Below are positions 26,376 through 38,600 of a DNA stretch of 64,000 nt, piece after piece (position 1 is the stretch's first letter; each line of letters opens with the position of its first letter). The stretch lies in the NCBI GenBank assembly GCA_002245135.1, contig NGBS01000585.1, forward strand, positions 124,001 through 188,000, read 5' to 3'. Under the pieces are notes generated by a model, which was not told the DNA's origin, did no database searches, and worked only from the letters and a program-made list of their open reading frames with translations. The translations under genes were made by a program, and so were the position numbers. Source of the stretch: Proteromonas lacertae. Its lineage: Eukaryota.

Positions 26376-29300
26376 TTATTCATCTTCAAATACAATAATA
26401 TAATCTTTCTTCTGTCTTACATACTGCAATCTACAAACTGGACATCTATTATCACTATGACTCATCTGAATCCAACAAGACCTACAAAAACCATGCAAAC
26501 AATTCGTATAATACAAAGGCAATTCACTACCACAAACAGGACAATCTCCAACACCTTTTAACAATAACTGAATAATATCTGAATCATCACTGTATCTATT
26601 CACTTTATATTCATAAGTATCAACATCAACATCATCATAAGTGTCATTAATACTTGTCGGATAGAGTTTAGGACGAGATAATGGATCTAATGGTTTTCCT
26701 GTTATTAAATCATGAGTTAATACTTTAGAAATACCACCATTTGGATGAGGTTCAGGTGTTGTACCTGTTGTCATTGAATGGGATCTATTTACTAATAATG
26801 AATTACTATTATTATAGATATTGTCATTATCTACATCAGTGAAATTAGTATTAAATGATAATACAGGAGGTGGTGGTGTTTGTATTTTATCTCTTACTTG
26901 GAAGAATGAAGTGATTTGAGCATTAACTTTATTCTTCTTCTTTGGAGTGTTTGACAGTTCTAATGGTTTTGCTACTTTTCTTTTCTTGCTAGAGACAGTA
27001 AAACTCATTACTGGTTTAACTACTGATTCAGTTTTTATATTTGAAAATGTAAAGTCTTTATTCTCATCCATTTCTTCATTTTCATCTTCATCTATTGAAT
27101 AATGAGTAATTTCTTCAGGATTATCAACTTTTTCATATCGCTTTATTCTTACATTCTTACCAAACACATTCTTTAATGGTTTTACTTGAGATATTACTTT
27201 ATGTGGTTTCTTTAGTATTGATTTAGATGATTGACTATCAAAATCATCAAATTGACTTGATTCTATCCTTTCATTCATCTTAGCAATAATTTCACCTGCA
27301 AAACTATTCATACTGCTATTATTCTTATTATTATTAATTTCATTCTTTACAAAGAAATTCTTGATTGTATCTTTATTATCTTCTTTCTTTTCTATTTTTC
27401 TTGGTTTATAAGTGTTAAACATCAATGTCAATTTCTTTGAACTAGAGGATTTAGAATCATCTTTACTATCTTTATTACTATTACTAAATGAGTTAAAAGA
27501 ATCATTAGAATTTACATCAATTGAAGGATTAGAAAAAATATTAACAGAAGATGGAGATGAATCTGTAGTAGTAAATGATGATTTAGAAGATGTATCTATT
27601 TTCTTATACAAATTGAACAATGATGGAGAAATAATTGGTTTAGCTGAAGATGGAGTTGATGAATTAATATTCGTTTTACCATTTGAAAAAGATTTAGATG
27701 ACTTTATATTGTTTATATTCTTCGAATATCTATTATCTTCTTGATCTTCTTCTTCTTCTTCTTTTTCATATTCTAAATCAACATGAGTCTTACTATTGTT
27801 ATCTTTAATATCTAATCCAATTCTCGGAGGATTAATTCTTAAATCATGAAAGAATTTATTCAATGGTGAAATAGAATCATTTATACTTTCATAATGTCTT
27901 AAATATGGTCTTAACCAAGCAGATAATCGATCGATTTGATCTTGTCGACTAAATCTTTCATCTAACAATATTATACTCCCATAATCATTCTTATGTCTAA
28001 TAACTCGACCAATAGCTTGATTAACAGCTCGAGATGCTTGTTGACAATACCATTGTTGGCCATTTATACGAATTATTCCACTAGGTGGTATATATTTATC
28101 TTGAAATTCTTTCTGTAATAGAACACGTGGATTATAGGCTGGTGGAAATGGTATTCCTGTGATTATAACACATCTTCCATATTCATTACTATAATCCATT
28201 CCTTCACTAGCTTTACCTCTACATATACCCATCATTATACCTTTATGAGTTGAATCTATACTATTTCTATACTGCGCTGATATTAAATTAAACTGATCAC
28301 TACTTCTTGGTTCAATAAATATTGGCTTGACTATCTCAAGCTTGCCATAAATATTTGTGTTTTTCCACACTCTAATACACTCATCCATTACAGAATAAGA
28401 AGGGAAAAATACCAGTATCCCACCAGTCACATTTTTACTAATAGTAATAATTGATTCACCTAATGCTTTTATATAGAATTCATTACTTCTCGTTTGATAA
28501 GAAGAATTGAGTGTAATATTATTAGCAGATTTCTTTATAACACTTAAAAATATTTGTCTCTGATGGATAATATGAGGATTCTCTAATTGAACAGGAAATG
28601 GTAATTGCATTGAATTAACAAACGAAGATATAGGTGACAATGTACCACTAGTTAATATAATATTATAAATTCCCAACTTTATTAATTCATTCATTGCTAT
28701 ACCTGGACTGAAACACCAATAACTTATTATCACATCTTCAGTTACACTATTCTTTGAAGATCTTAGAAATGATAAAGATGTCTGTTGTTGTTGTTGTTTT
28801 ATTATTTCTTTATGAATATGCAATTTATAATATTTACTTACATCTTTTATATTCTGATTTTCTCTAAATACTATTTTTACAAACTCTGCAAATGTTCCTA
28901 TAGCTGATGTTTTAGTGTTTATTAAATTAACAGTTTCTTCAGTCTTTTGTAGAGTGTCGATTATCACTTGAACTGTTTGTTGGTTTATACCGATATTATT
29001 GAATATTTTAAATATATATTCACCTGACTATTTACAATAATAATAAATATATATATATATACTAATGACTCTTTATTATCATGCAATTTTATATCATTAA
29101 TACTTTGTTCAAACTTCAACATAATGGTTTTCATTATTTCTAAAGTCTTTTCACTCACTAAATCATAATCCATCGATTTATAAGTATCTTTCTCTTCGTC
29201 ATATTTCATTTTACATCTATCTAAATCATCTACAATTGAAGCAATAGTGGATAATTTAAAATCATAAGAAGCTGCATCACAACAGACAGATTCAAGATTA

Positions 29301-30049
29301 TGAGCTTCATCAAATATAATAATTGAATTAGTCCATTCTATTTTCAATGATTTTCTTATGGTAGGATCTACTAGATAATTGTATGGTAATAATATTATAT
29401 CACATGATGTTTGAATATCATCTGAACGACTGTAATGGTAAGGACAAGCTCCTTTAGATTTACAGAATTGAACAATGTCTTCTATATCCATTATTCGATT
29501 ATCTGCATCGTGAAGTGTTTTGGATGGTTCGTAATAGGGACATAGATTCTTTTTAACCATTGCTCTACATCTTATATCTAAGATTCTGTTGTTTTTGTTA
29601 CTATCTTCTATTAATTGCTCATTTATGCACATTTGAGTTCGTGATCCTATAACACAAACTTTTGGTTTGTACGTTGTAGATTTAAGTTCTTTCACTACTT
29701 GTGTTAGTTGTGAATGTGTTCTGGAACAATAGATGATTGTTGGTTTTATTTGATTTTGACCCATAAATGAATTTGTTTCATTGTTACTTACTTTCTGTCC
29801 TGAAAACTTCTCTAATTTCTTAACATATTCATTCCTCCAAGCTATCGTAGCACACAACAGACATAAAGTCTATAAATATATCATTTTAGAACATTATAAT
29901 AATACTTTACCCGTCCCTGTTGGACTTTCTAAAATTGCATTCTGTTTATTATTCAGCGATTTTATAACACTTTTCATATAATCTATTTGACAGTCATACG
30001 GTTCGAAAGGAAAATCGATCATAATATGATCTATAGTGAATTTTGGCAT
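26376..30049 (-). CDS. RTEL1: RTEL1-like Fe-S DNA helicase (XPD/FANCJ family) with C-terminal RING finger
   Basis: [74 protein letters not shown]-terminal [20 protein letters not shown]-like QITSFF. Confidence 0.88.
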
Positions 30050-30058
30050 TTTTGTTAA

Positions 30059-30070
30059 TTTCGCGCCAAA
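30059..30070. promoter_or_regulatory. E2F-type site TTTCGCGCCAAA (overlapping inverted TTTSSCGC sites) in the 24-bp divergent spacer between RTEL1 and thymidylate kinase
   Basis: Matches the TTTSSCGC consensus on both strands. It is a CpG-rich word in an otherwise CpG-poor window and is flanked by two DNA-replication genes. Confidence 0.6.
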
Positions 30071-30073
30071 ACT

Positions 30074-31385
30074 ATGAAAAGAGGTGTTCTTGTTGCTATA
30101 GAAGGATTGAATACACAATATATTCATGATATAGCTCAGACTGTGACAAATAAAATAAAAGAATCGCTGTCAAAGATAAAGGTTATAGATCATTCAAGTA
30201 TTTATATTGATAATTTCATTAGGTATTAAAACAAGTATATCACCATTAATACAGCAATATACAACTGCTAATTCATCAAAAGTACCATTAGTTATTCTGA
30301 ATTCTGCTAATCGTTGGGAATACTAGTATACTTTATGAGAATTTTGTATTTTTATTAGTGATGAGGTTATGAGTAATTTAGAGAAAGGAAATAATGTAAT
30401 AATAAGTAATTATACTTCAGAATCAGTGAAATTATCTCAACAATTCAATTATGATATAAATTGGATTAAAATATTGGATAACAATCTACTATTACCAGAC
30501 TACATTATCTCAATTAATTCAAAAACTCTTCAATTAAACTCATATTTAGATTCTTTAATACCTTCATTAAACAGTATAAAAATAGTGTCAGATGATTCAG
30601 AACAAATCATTCATCAGTGTATTAAACAAATGCAATCGATTCTAAGTACATTCAATTCATCTACGCCAATCAAAACAATCAATTTTAAACGAATGAAAGA
30701 ATTTGATTATTCTACATTTTTAACAACTCACCATCATCGAGAAAGTGAAAAAAGAGGGATGTTTATCGTATTTGAAGGTTGCGACAGAAGTGGAAAAAGC
30801 ACCCAAGTTGATTTATTAATACAATATTTCAAAAAATCAAACTTAAGGTTTGAACATTTTATATTTCCAAATAGAAATACAATTATAGGGAAATGTATTA
30901 ATAAATTTTTATCAAAAGAATTATCATTGAATGCACATTCTATTCATATGTTATTTGCAGCTAATCGTTGGGAAATGAAATCTCAATTAGAAGATGCATT
31001 ATACAGTGGTAGTAATATAATTGTTGATAGATATGCATTTAGTGGAATAGTTTATTCAAGTGCAAAGCGTATTCCAGATATGTCGCTTGATTGGTGTATT
31101 TATCCTGATTGTGGTATACCTTCCCCTGATTTGATTATATTTATGGATATCAAGCCAAGTGTTTGTTCCAATAGAGCTGAATTTGGTAATGAAGTGTATG
31201 AGACTAATGCATTTCAACAAGAAGTGTATCAACAGTATAAATTGTTGTTTAAAGGATATGATAATACACTATATGTAGATGCTTCACAATCAATTGATTC
31301 AATTCATAATGTGATTAAACATGCGATAATGAGTAAGATTAATCAAGTTGAAAAGAAAGTAATACTTCCAATAACTCCCAAATAA
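30074..31385 (+). CDS. DTYMK: Thymidylate (dTMP) kinase with tandem duplicated domain (N-terminal copy degenerate)
   Basis: C-terminal domain: [39 protein letters not shown]-terminal domain, via two short introns: [32 protein letters not shown]. Confidence 0.88.
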
Positions 31386-31446
31386 ATCAGAACAAAGAAA
31401 GAGAAAAACTTAAAATAATTATATATATATATAAATCTATATTTTA

Positions 31447-32610
31447 CTATTCTATTAGACTTTGATTCATAATTAGACATAACAGTCGTCTTCTGAAGTA
31501 ACGCATCTGTGATTGTTTAAATGAAAGTGATGTAAAACCTTCACTGAGGAATTCAGTAGCTGTCAACATAAATACACCGCAATCACTTCCATTATGTTGT
31601 TGAGGTGTGTATCTTCTACATGATTCGCAGATCCATGCATCTATATCAGCATATTCTGTCTTTTTCTTATCCATATGCTCATCTTTTAAATATTGTAAGA
31701 TATTCTCAAAAATATAATCTCCAGATCCTCCAAGACTATCTACATAATATATCACTTTATCAAGCATATCAAGCAATATTAATGTCCAATGCATCTATAT
31801 ATAAAGACAAATATGAATAATATATACATTATGAGTGTTGATTGGAATAAATATCTTATCTTGAGCAAACACATCAAATTTCCTACTCCATCTTCTAACA
31901 CCTGCATAATTATACTTTCCTCCTTGTATTAGCTTATTATAGAAATAAGTATTAAAGAATCTAATTGGTGGTTCATTTTCATGCTCAACTCTATAATCAT
32001 TACGTTCCTGTAACATTGCATAATAGAAATTAACTACATTATCATTAAGCCACTGACCATCTTTCAGACATTGCAAATTATCACCTGTCAAATCGATTTG
32101 ATACTTTGAGATAATTGTTTGTCTATATTTACTATCTATTTCATTTATATAATCAATATAACTATCTGTATTACTGTGATTTATTTTATATTCCCTGACT
32201 ATGTATTTTATTTGTTCATCTATTATATCTTCAAGTACTATATCTTCTATTGATTGTACAATGTGATTCTATTAAGTATATAACAATTTTGAAAAATACA
32301 ATGGACTGTTCTTCATATTTATCATCATATGACTTCTGTTCCTTTTCAAGGCTATCTTTAGTTTTAGAAACATTTGTATCTATAGCTTCTAATTTTGTGT
32401 TAATATCTAAATTACTTATTCCATCAATTAAACCATCTATATCTCCATCTGCTTCATCAATAATATTAACAGTAACATTATGATATTTTGATTGTTTGTA
32501 ATTCTAAGAATAAAAAAAGAATGTCATACTTTCATTGGTGATACTAAATCATCATATGGAGAGGCGAATATAGGTATTTTTGTGAAGGAATCATCATAGC
32601 TTGCATTCAT
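31447..32610 (-). CDS. Ulp1/SENP SUMO protease (peptidase C48)
   Basis: WLNDNVVNFY, FFNTYFY, HW.L, YVDSL and QQHNGSDCGVF catalytic motifs. The N-terminal exons and start are approximate. Confidence 0.88.
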
Positions 32611-32826
32611 TTACTTAATATTAACTGATAAAACAACAAATTAAGTGATCAAGCTTCAAGCTTTTCATTTTTAAATGTTTGAAATAATCTCATATTCGTA
32701 TATTATATTCCTTTTATAGTATTCATTACTTGTGATTACCTCTTGTTAAACAAAATTACAAAAAAATATATATAATTAATGAAAATGGTAATAAATTAAA
32801 AGACAATCTAATAACTCTAATTACAT

Positions 32827-33490
32827 TCATAGACGAGTTTTTTTCTTTGGTGGTTCAGCTATATCAGATTGTTTGATTTTTTGATTTTGTCTATTATCAA
32901 TAATATCGATTTTATTATACCCTAATTTCCAATCATTGAATAATTTAGTAATAGTAACAGCTGATTCAAAAATGACCATCTCAGATCCTGTTAAATTATG
33001 ATAAATATCTGAAAAATCTTGATTATTAGAATTAAATGCTATTTGAAGCAACTCTGCAATTTTAGTAACAAGCACTCTACATTATAAATTATATTTATAA
33101 ATCTGAAACTATACCTTCGCAGTAGTTCTACTAGAGTTTTATCTAAAATAAAACCTATGTCCCTTCCAACTCTAAAATAATATGGACACAACTCTCTCAG
33201 GTTCAACTTTACTGATGGTGATCTTAAAGTAGGTCTATACAATTATTTAGAGACTAATACTTGTATTTCTCACCAAAAAAAATAGGAGGGTATAGAGTTA
33301 CAACACCCACTTCAAACATTTTTTCTGCAAGCCATGCAGACAGTTCTAGATGGGTATCTTTCTCAATATCTTCACTTCCGCTTGCTGGATTAAGATATCC
33401 TAAACTTACAACATCGACATTAAAAGAAACAGGTATTTTAGTTTCTTCTGCTAATATTTCATCCAGATCATAATATGATTTTCGCGCCAT
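32827..33490 (-). CDS. PSF3: GINS complex subunit Psf3
   Basis: YYDLDEILAEETKIPVSF..LGYL..LELSAWLA; VKLNLRELCPYYFRVG; three exons. Confidence 0.88.
33479..33490. promoter_or_regulatory. Second E2F-like word (TTTTCGCGCCAT) overlapping the PSF3 start codon
   Basis: Matches TTTCGCGC. PSF3 begins ATG GCG CGA AAA, codons that are unusually GC-rich for this window. Confidence 0.4.
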
Positions 33491-33614
33491 TTTAATTTGA
33501 ATTTCTAATACATTTGTATTGATTTGTATTTTTTATGTACTTTTAAATAAGAGAAATCCTTTTTTACAATCAAATAATAAAAATAATGAAATACACAAAT
33601 CTTCAAATACAAAA

Positions 33615-35579
33615 CTATTTTATATTGTAATACTTTTTCACTTCATCTCTCAATACATTAGGACAGTCTGTCATTAATTCTCTTCCTTGACTTGTTTTAG
33701 GAAATGCTATAACATCTCTGATAGAATTCTTATTTAACAATACTGCTAAAAAACGATCTAATCCAAGTGCAAATCCTCCATGAGGAGGACAACCACACTT
33801 CAGGCCATTTAATAATGTAGAAAATGACTATAAAATTGGATTAATAATATATAATAAACATACATCAATTTCGATTTGTGATAATTTCAAACACTCTTTC
33901 AAAATCCACATCTGTAAGTCATAATTATGAATTCGAATTGATCCACCGCCAACTTCATACCCGTTTATCACTAAATCATAACTTCGTGATAGTATATCCA
34001 ATAGATTCTGAGATTTAAGTTGCTTAATATCAGTTGTAATAGGAGATGTGAATGGATGATGACAACTTTTAATTTCATTTTTATCATTCAATTCAAATAA
34101 AGGAAAATCTGTTATCCAACTAATATGATATGGTTTTAATGGTTTATAATATTTAAGTATTTGATTTCGTATTGTTCCTAATGCTTTAGATGATTCATAT
34201 TTTTCCCCATAACTTATAAAAGCTATATCATTATCATTCTAATAATAATATTAATGAAAAAAAGGGGTAAGTTATACAATTCCTAATGTTTCAATTATTT
34301 TTCTTTGATCTTCTAGTTTTATATTCTTAAGTATTGCACCATTCAATTTATTATTATATTTTGTCATAAATGTAATATGTTTCAAACCTTTCGTTATTTC
34401 TTTCAATTGACTTTTTGATTGATATTTCATTAATCCATCTACTTTGAGATAATTAACAGACATATCTTTATTGAATTTACTAAAGAATGGTATTGTTGAT
34501 AAGTCAATCAAATTATTAGGAAAACTATTTATATTTATATTATATCTCAAATCAGGCTTGTCACTTCCATATTTATTCATAACATCATTATATTTCAATT
34601 TCATTGGTTTAACATATTCTATTTTTAAACCTTTAAAAACATCTTCTAACAATTTCTCTACAATATCATATATATCCTATTAAACAAATAAAACAAATAT
34701 ATATACATTTTCATCAATAAAAGACATTTCTAAATCTAATTGTGTAAATTCATTTTGTCTATCATTTCTTAATTTTTCATTTCTAAAACATCTTACTATT
34801 TGATAATATTTTCTATATCCACCAATCATCAATAATTGTTTATATTGTTGCGGACTTTGACTCAATGAATAATAGTTATCAGTATTACTACCAAATGGAA
34901 CAATAAACTCATTTGCTCCTTCTGGACTACTTCTACACAACAGTGGAGTTTCTATTTCGATAAAATCCTCTTTATGTAATAATTGATGAATTTGAAATGT
35001 AATATTTGAGCGTGTTTCTATTGTTTTATGTAAATCTTCATGTCTGTGATCTAAATAGCGATATTTTAATTTTGTATCTTCGTTTAATTTTTTTGTTGAT
35101 ATATTAAATGGAAGTTGTTGTGATAGATTGATTATTTCAATGTTATTTAACAAGATTTCATATTCACCGAATTTCTTATTATTGTTTTTATCTTTCTCTG
35201 GACGGTTCTGAAAAGTTCCTGTTATGCTTACTACACTTTCTAAAGGAATTGATTTGAAATTATCTAGAGACAGAGAAGCTAATAATAAATAACTGTTAAA
35301 TTATATACCAATATCTTTGGTCATTTTAATCTGAATATCGTCATATCCATCATTTACAACAAAAAAAACAATCTTTCCCATCTTCCTCATAAAATGCAAC
35401 CAACCCTGTAATTTTACATTTTTTCCGATTAATTTATTTGATAACTCTTTTGTTGACTTTAAAATATGAACTTCATTTGAAAATGTTCTAATAAAGGAGT
35501 TATATGTTAAATTATGGTGACATAATGCATTACTTATTCTTTTTGTTGAAATATTTCTAAGAAATACAGAATAACTCAT
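33615..35579 (-). CDS. DARS2: Organellar (bacterial-type) aspartyl-tRNA synthetase
   Basis: N-terminal presequence-like leader; [94 protein letters not shown]. Confidence 0.9.
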
Positions 35580-35693
35580 AAGTTATTGAGAAATGTAATT
35601 ATTTATTAATTGACAATGTCAATATGTTCTTTACCAAATCTAAAAAATATCCGTTTCATATATCGTTTTGAATAATTTTTTAAAACAATATTG

Positions 35694-38600
35694 ATGAGGA
35701 GCTGGGTTGTTGTTGATATTATATTTTTAATCTGTTGCGTTACTTTAAGTAATGAATACAAAATTGGCTTTATAAAATCTAAATATGATGATACTAATCT
35801 TATAGATGTCACAAAAAAGCATATAGAAACTGCTAATAAGATCGATCAACTAGGTACAAAAATAAATTTTCAAGAATATACTGATGATCAGGCAGAATCG
35901 TCAATTAAGTCCAACAATCCTGATGAACCAACAGAATTTGTATGTAATTGTGCAGCTGATAAAATGGATTATTATTTGAGTATCGTTAACAATACTAGCA
36001 AAATGATTTGGTGTTTATCACCCTATGCTCCCTATAGATGTAATCGTTCATTTCTACCAGGTGTATCACCCAATAATGCTGTTCTTTATAGTATAATATG
36101 TATTTACAATGAAATTAATAGCTTCTTACATAATGGCTTCAAAATATGATGCAATAGCATTTATAGGTGGAAATAATTTAGTTGATGAATATTACATACC
36201 AAGATTTGAAGCACTAGGCAATAATATGGGACAACATGTGTTTAAAGCATTAGAAATGAGTAAAGTAACTGAAAGTACAATAGATGAGTATGTTACTGAG
36301 ATATTAACATATGAAAGTTGTATTATTTATACAACAGTTAAAGATGATGCATTACTTACTCATCTAATAAGTAAAATAGGTGGTGAAGATCATACTAAAT
36401 ATACATTGATGTTTTTATTAGGAGGAATGTATGAAGATAATATTCTCCACTATAAAGCAGATATTCAAGATTATTTTATAGAAAAAATATATAAAATAGA
36501 TGATGATAATGATAATTTTAAATTGTACAAACAATATAGAAGCAATGATTTAACAAGCCATACAATATCTGAAGAAATGTTAATGTATAATAATAATCAT
36601 CACCATTTATATTTTTGTAAATAGAATGTCTTATATATCTGCATTAACTCATATTAGAACATTTGTAAACTCAGATGAAACGGTAAACTTGGTAAGTCAA
36701 GCATACAATCGAGAAATTCAATATGCAGGAGGTGAAATAGCATTTTTACCAGCTCAATCTACAGCTGTAACAACTTATATCTATAAATTCAAAGATAATA
36801 CAGGTAGTCAAGATTTAATTTATACACTACCTAATTCACAATCCATTGAACCAAATTATATTCATGGAAAAGTATTAACAGAGACATGCAATTTCATTAA
36901 GAACTCTGCAACAGGTGTTAATAGAAATACACCAGTGGTATTGTTTCAAATTGCTGATGTTAATACTGCAGATAAAAAAGACTCCTCTATTTATAATAGG
37001 ATATTTTTGGATTTTTTGATAGAGAGAGTAAATGATGCTAATGGTGTTTTAGGCTCTTTAATAAGTGTTTTATATATCAATTATTATAATAATTCACAAA
37101 TTGTTGAAGAGATTATTGATAATTATGAGATTTATCATCCCTCTGCTATAATTATTGATGTATTACCACAAATTAGAGATTATATTGTTAAAAGTATATA
37201 TTAAATAATATAATAATAATTCATATATAACAATGAATAGATACTGAATTTTTAGGTGATAATCTATTATATTTCTATATGGGATATAATGAAGGTGGAT
37301 ATTGTAATAAACATATAGTCTCAGCTTCTAATGTGAATAATGATATTTTGTTACCATTAAGATCATTTGCTAGAGATAAAGGTTATAAATCATTAGTATT
37401 ATTAGGATCTGATGGAAAGTATAATATTATTCTATTATTATTAACTAGTTATGGAGAATCTACCTATGCCAAAATGTATGAGAATATGAAAGCTCATGGA
37501 ATAAGTTCTGATGATATTTTAGGTAAGAAATTAACAAATAATACAAAACAATACTGTGATGATATAATTGATTCAATAAACAGATTCTTTCCAGATGGAG
37601 GAGCTATTTATAGTGTTGCAGAAAAGAATTATACTGAATGTATTCTCAAATCAATACATAATCATCCAAATGTTTCTCTTTCAAAATATAGTTTTATATC
37701 AGCAACAATTGATGAATTACAGATGAAGAATATCGGATGGGAATATGTAGAAGGAATTTATTATTTGACTTATTATTGGAATGGATCACATCATGAAACA
37801 ATTGAATCTTTTAGAAAGTATTACAGTAGTTTAATGAATGATGAATATCCTACTGTTAATTCAATTGCTTTGTATTATAATATCATTTATACATGGATAT
37901 ATGCAATGACTTTATCAGCATCAACAGAAGCATCAAATTATTTATCATATTTATTCCATCAAACATTAGATAGTGTAGTAATAAAACCATATGAAATTTA
38001 TACAAATGGAATGGGTCAATGTGTTTTAAGTATTTTAAAGATTGAAGATAAACAATCGATATATGATTCTAATAGTATGTTTGCTCAAGAAGCAAAAGTA
38101 TTCAATAATGGCAGTTATTACTGTAATTTGAATAATGATCCACCCATTAGTCAATCTATATTCTATACAGTTGGTGTGTTGTTTAATGTTCATGATCCTG
38201 AAGGTTTAACAAGATTAGATGAAATAGATTTAATCATTAATCTAATCAATCAAGATGGTGGTATAAATGGAAGATTACTAGTCACTAATTTTACGAATTA
38301 TGATGGAAATCCAGATCATATAGTAGAAGCGGCAAAACAATTGGTGTTTGACAGTAATCTATTATGTTTTATTGGAGGTAGAACAAGAGAAGAAAGAGAT
38401 GCACTTGATGATTGGCTAATTGAAGTTGATAAATTAATGTTTTCTATATATCCATCTACTGCTGAAGTGAATTATAGAAATATTATACAAGTTGCTGCAA
38501 TTCCAAATACATTAATTAATGATCAGCTGTTTATATCTCTTGATAGATGTGATGTTATTACTATTTTAGCAATGAATCAGTCAATTCAATATGAATATCT

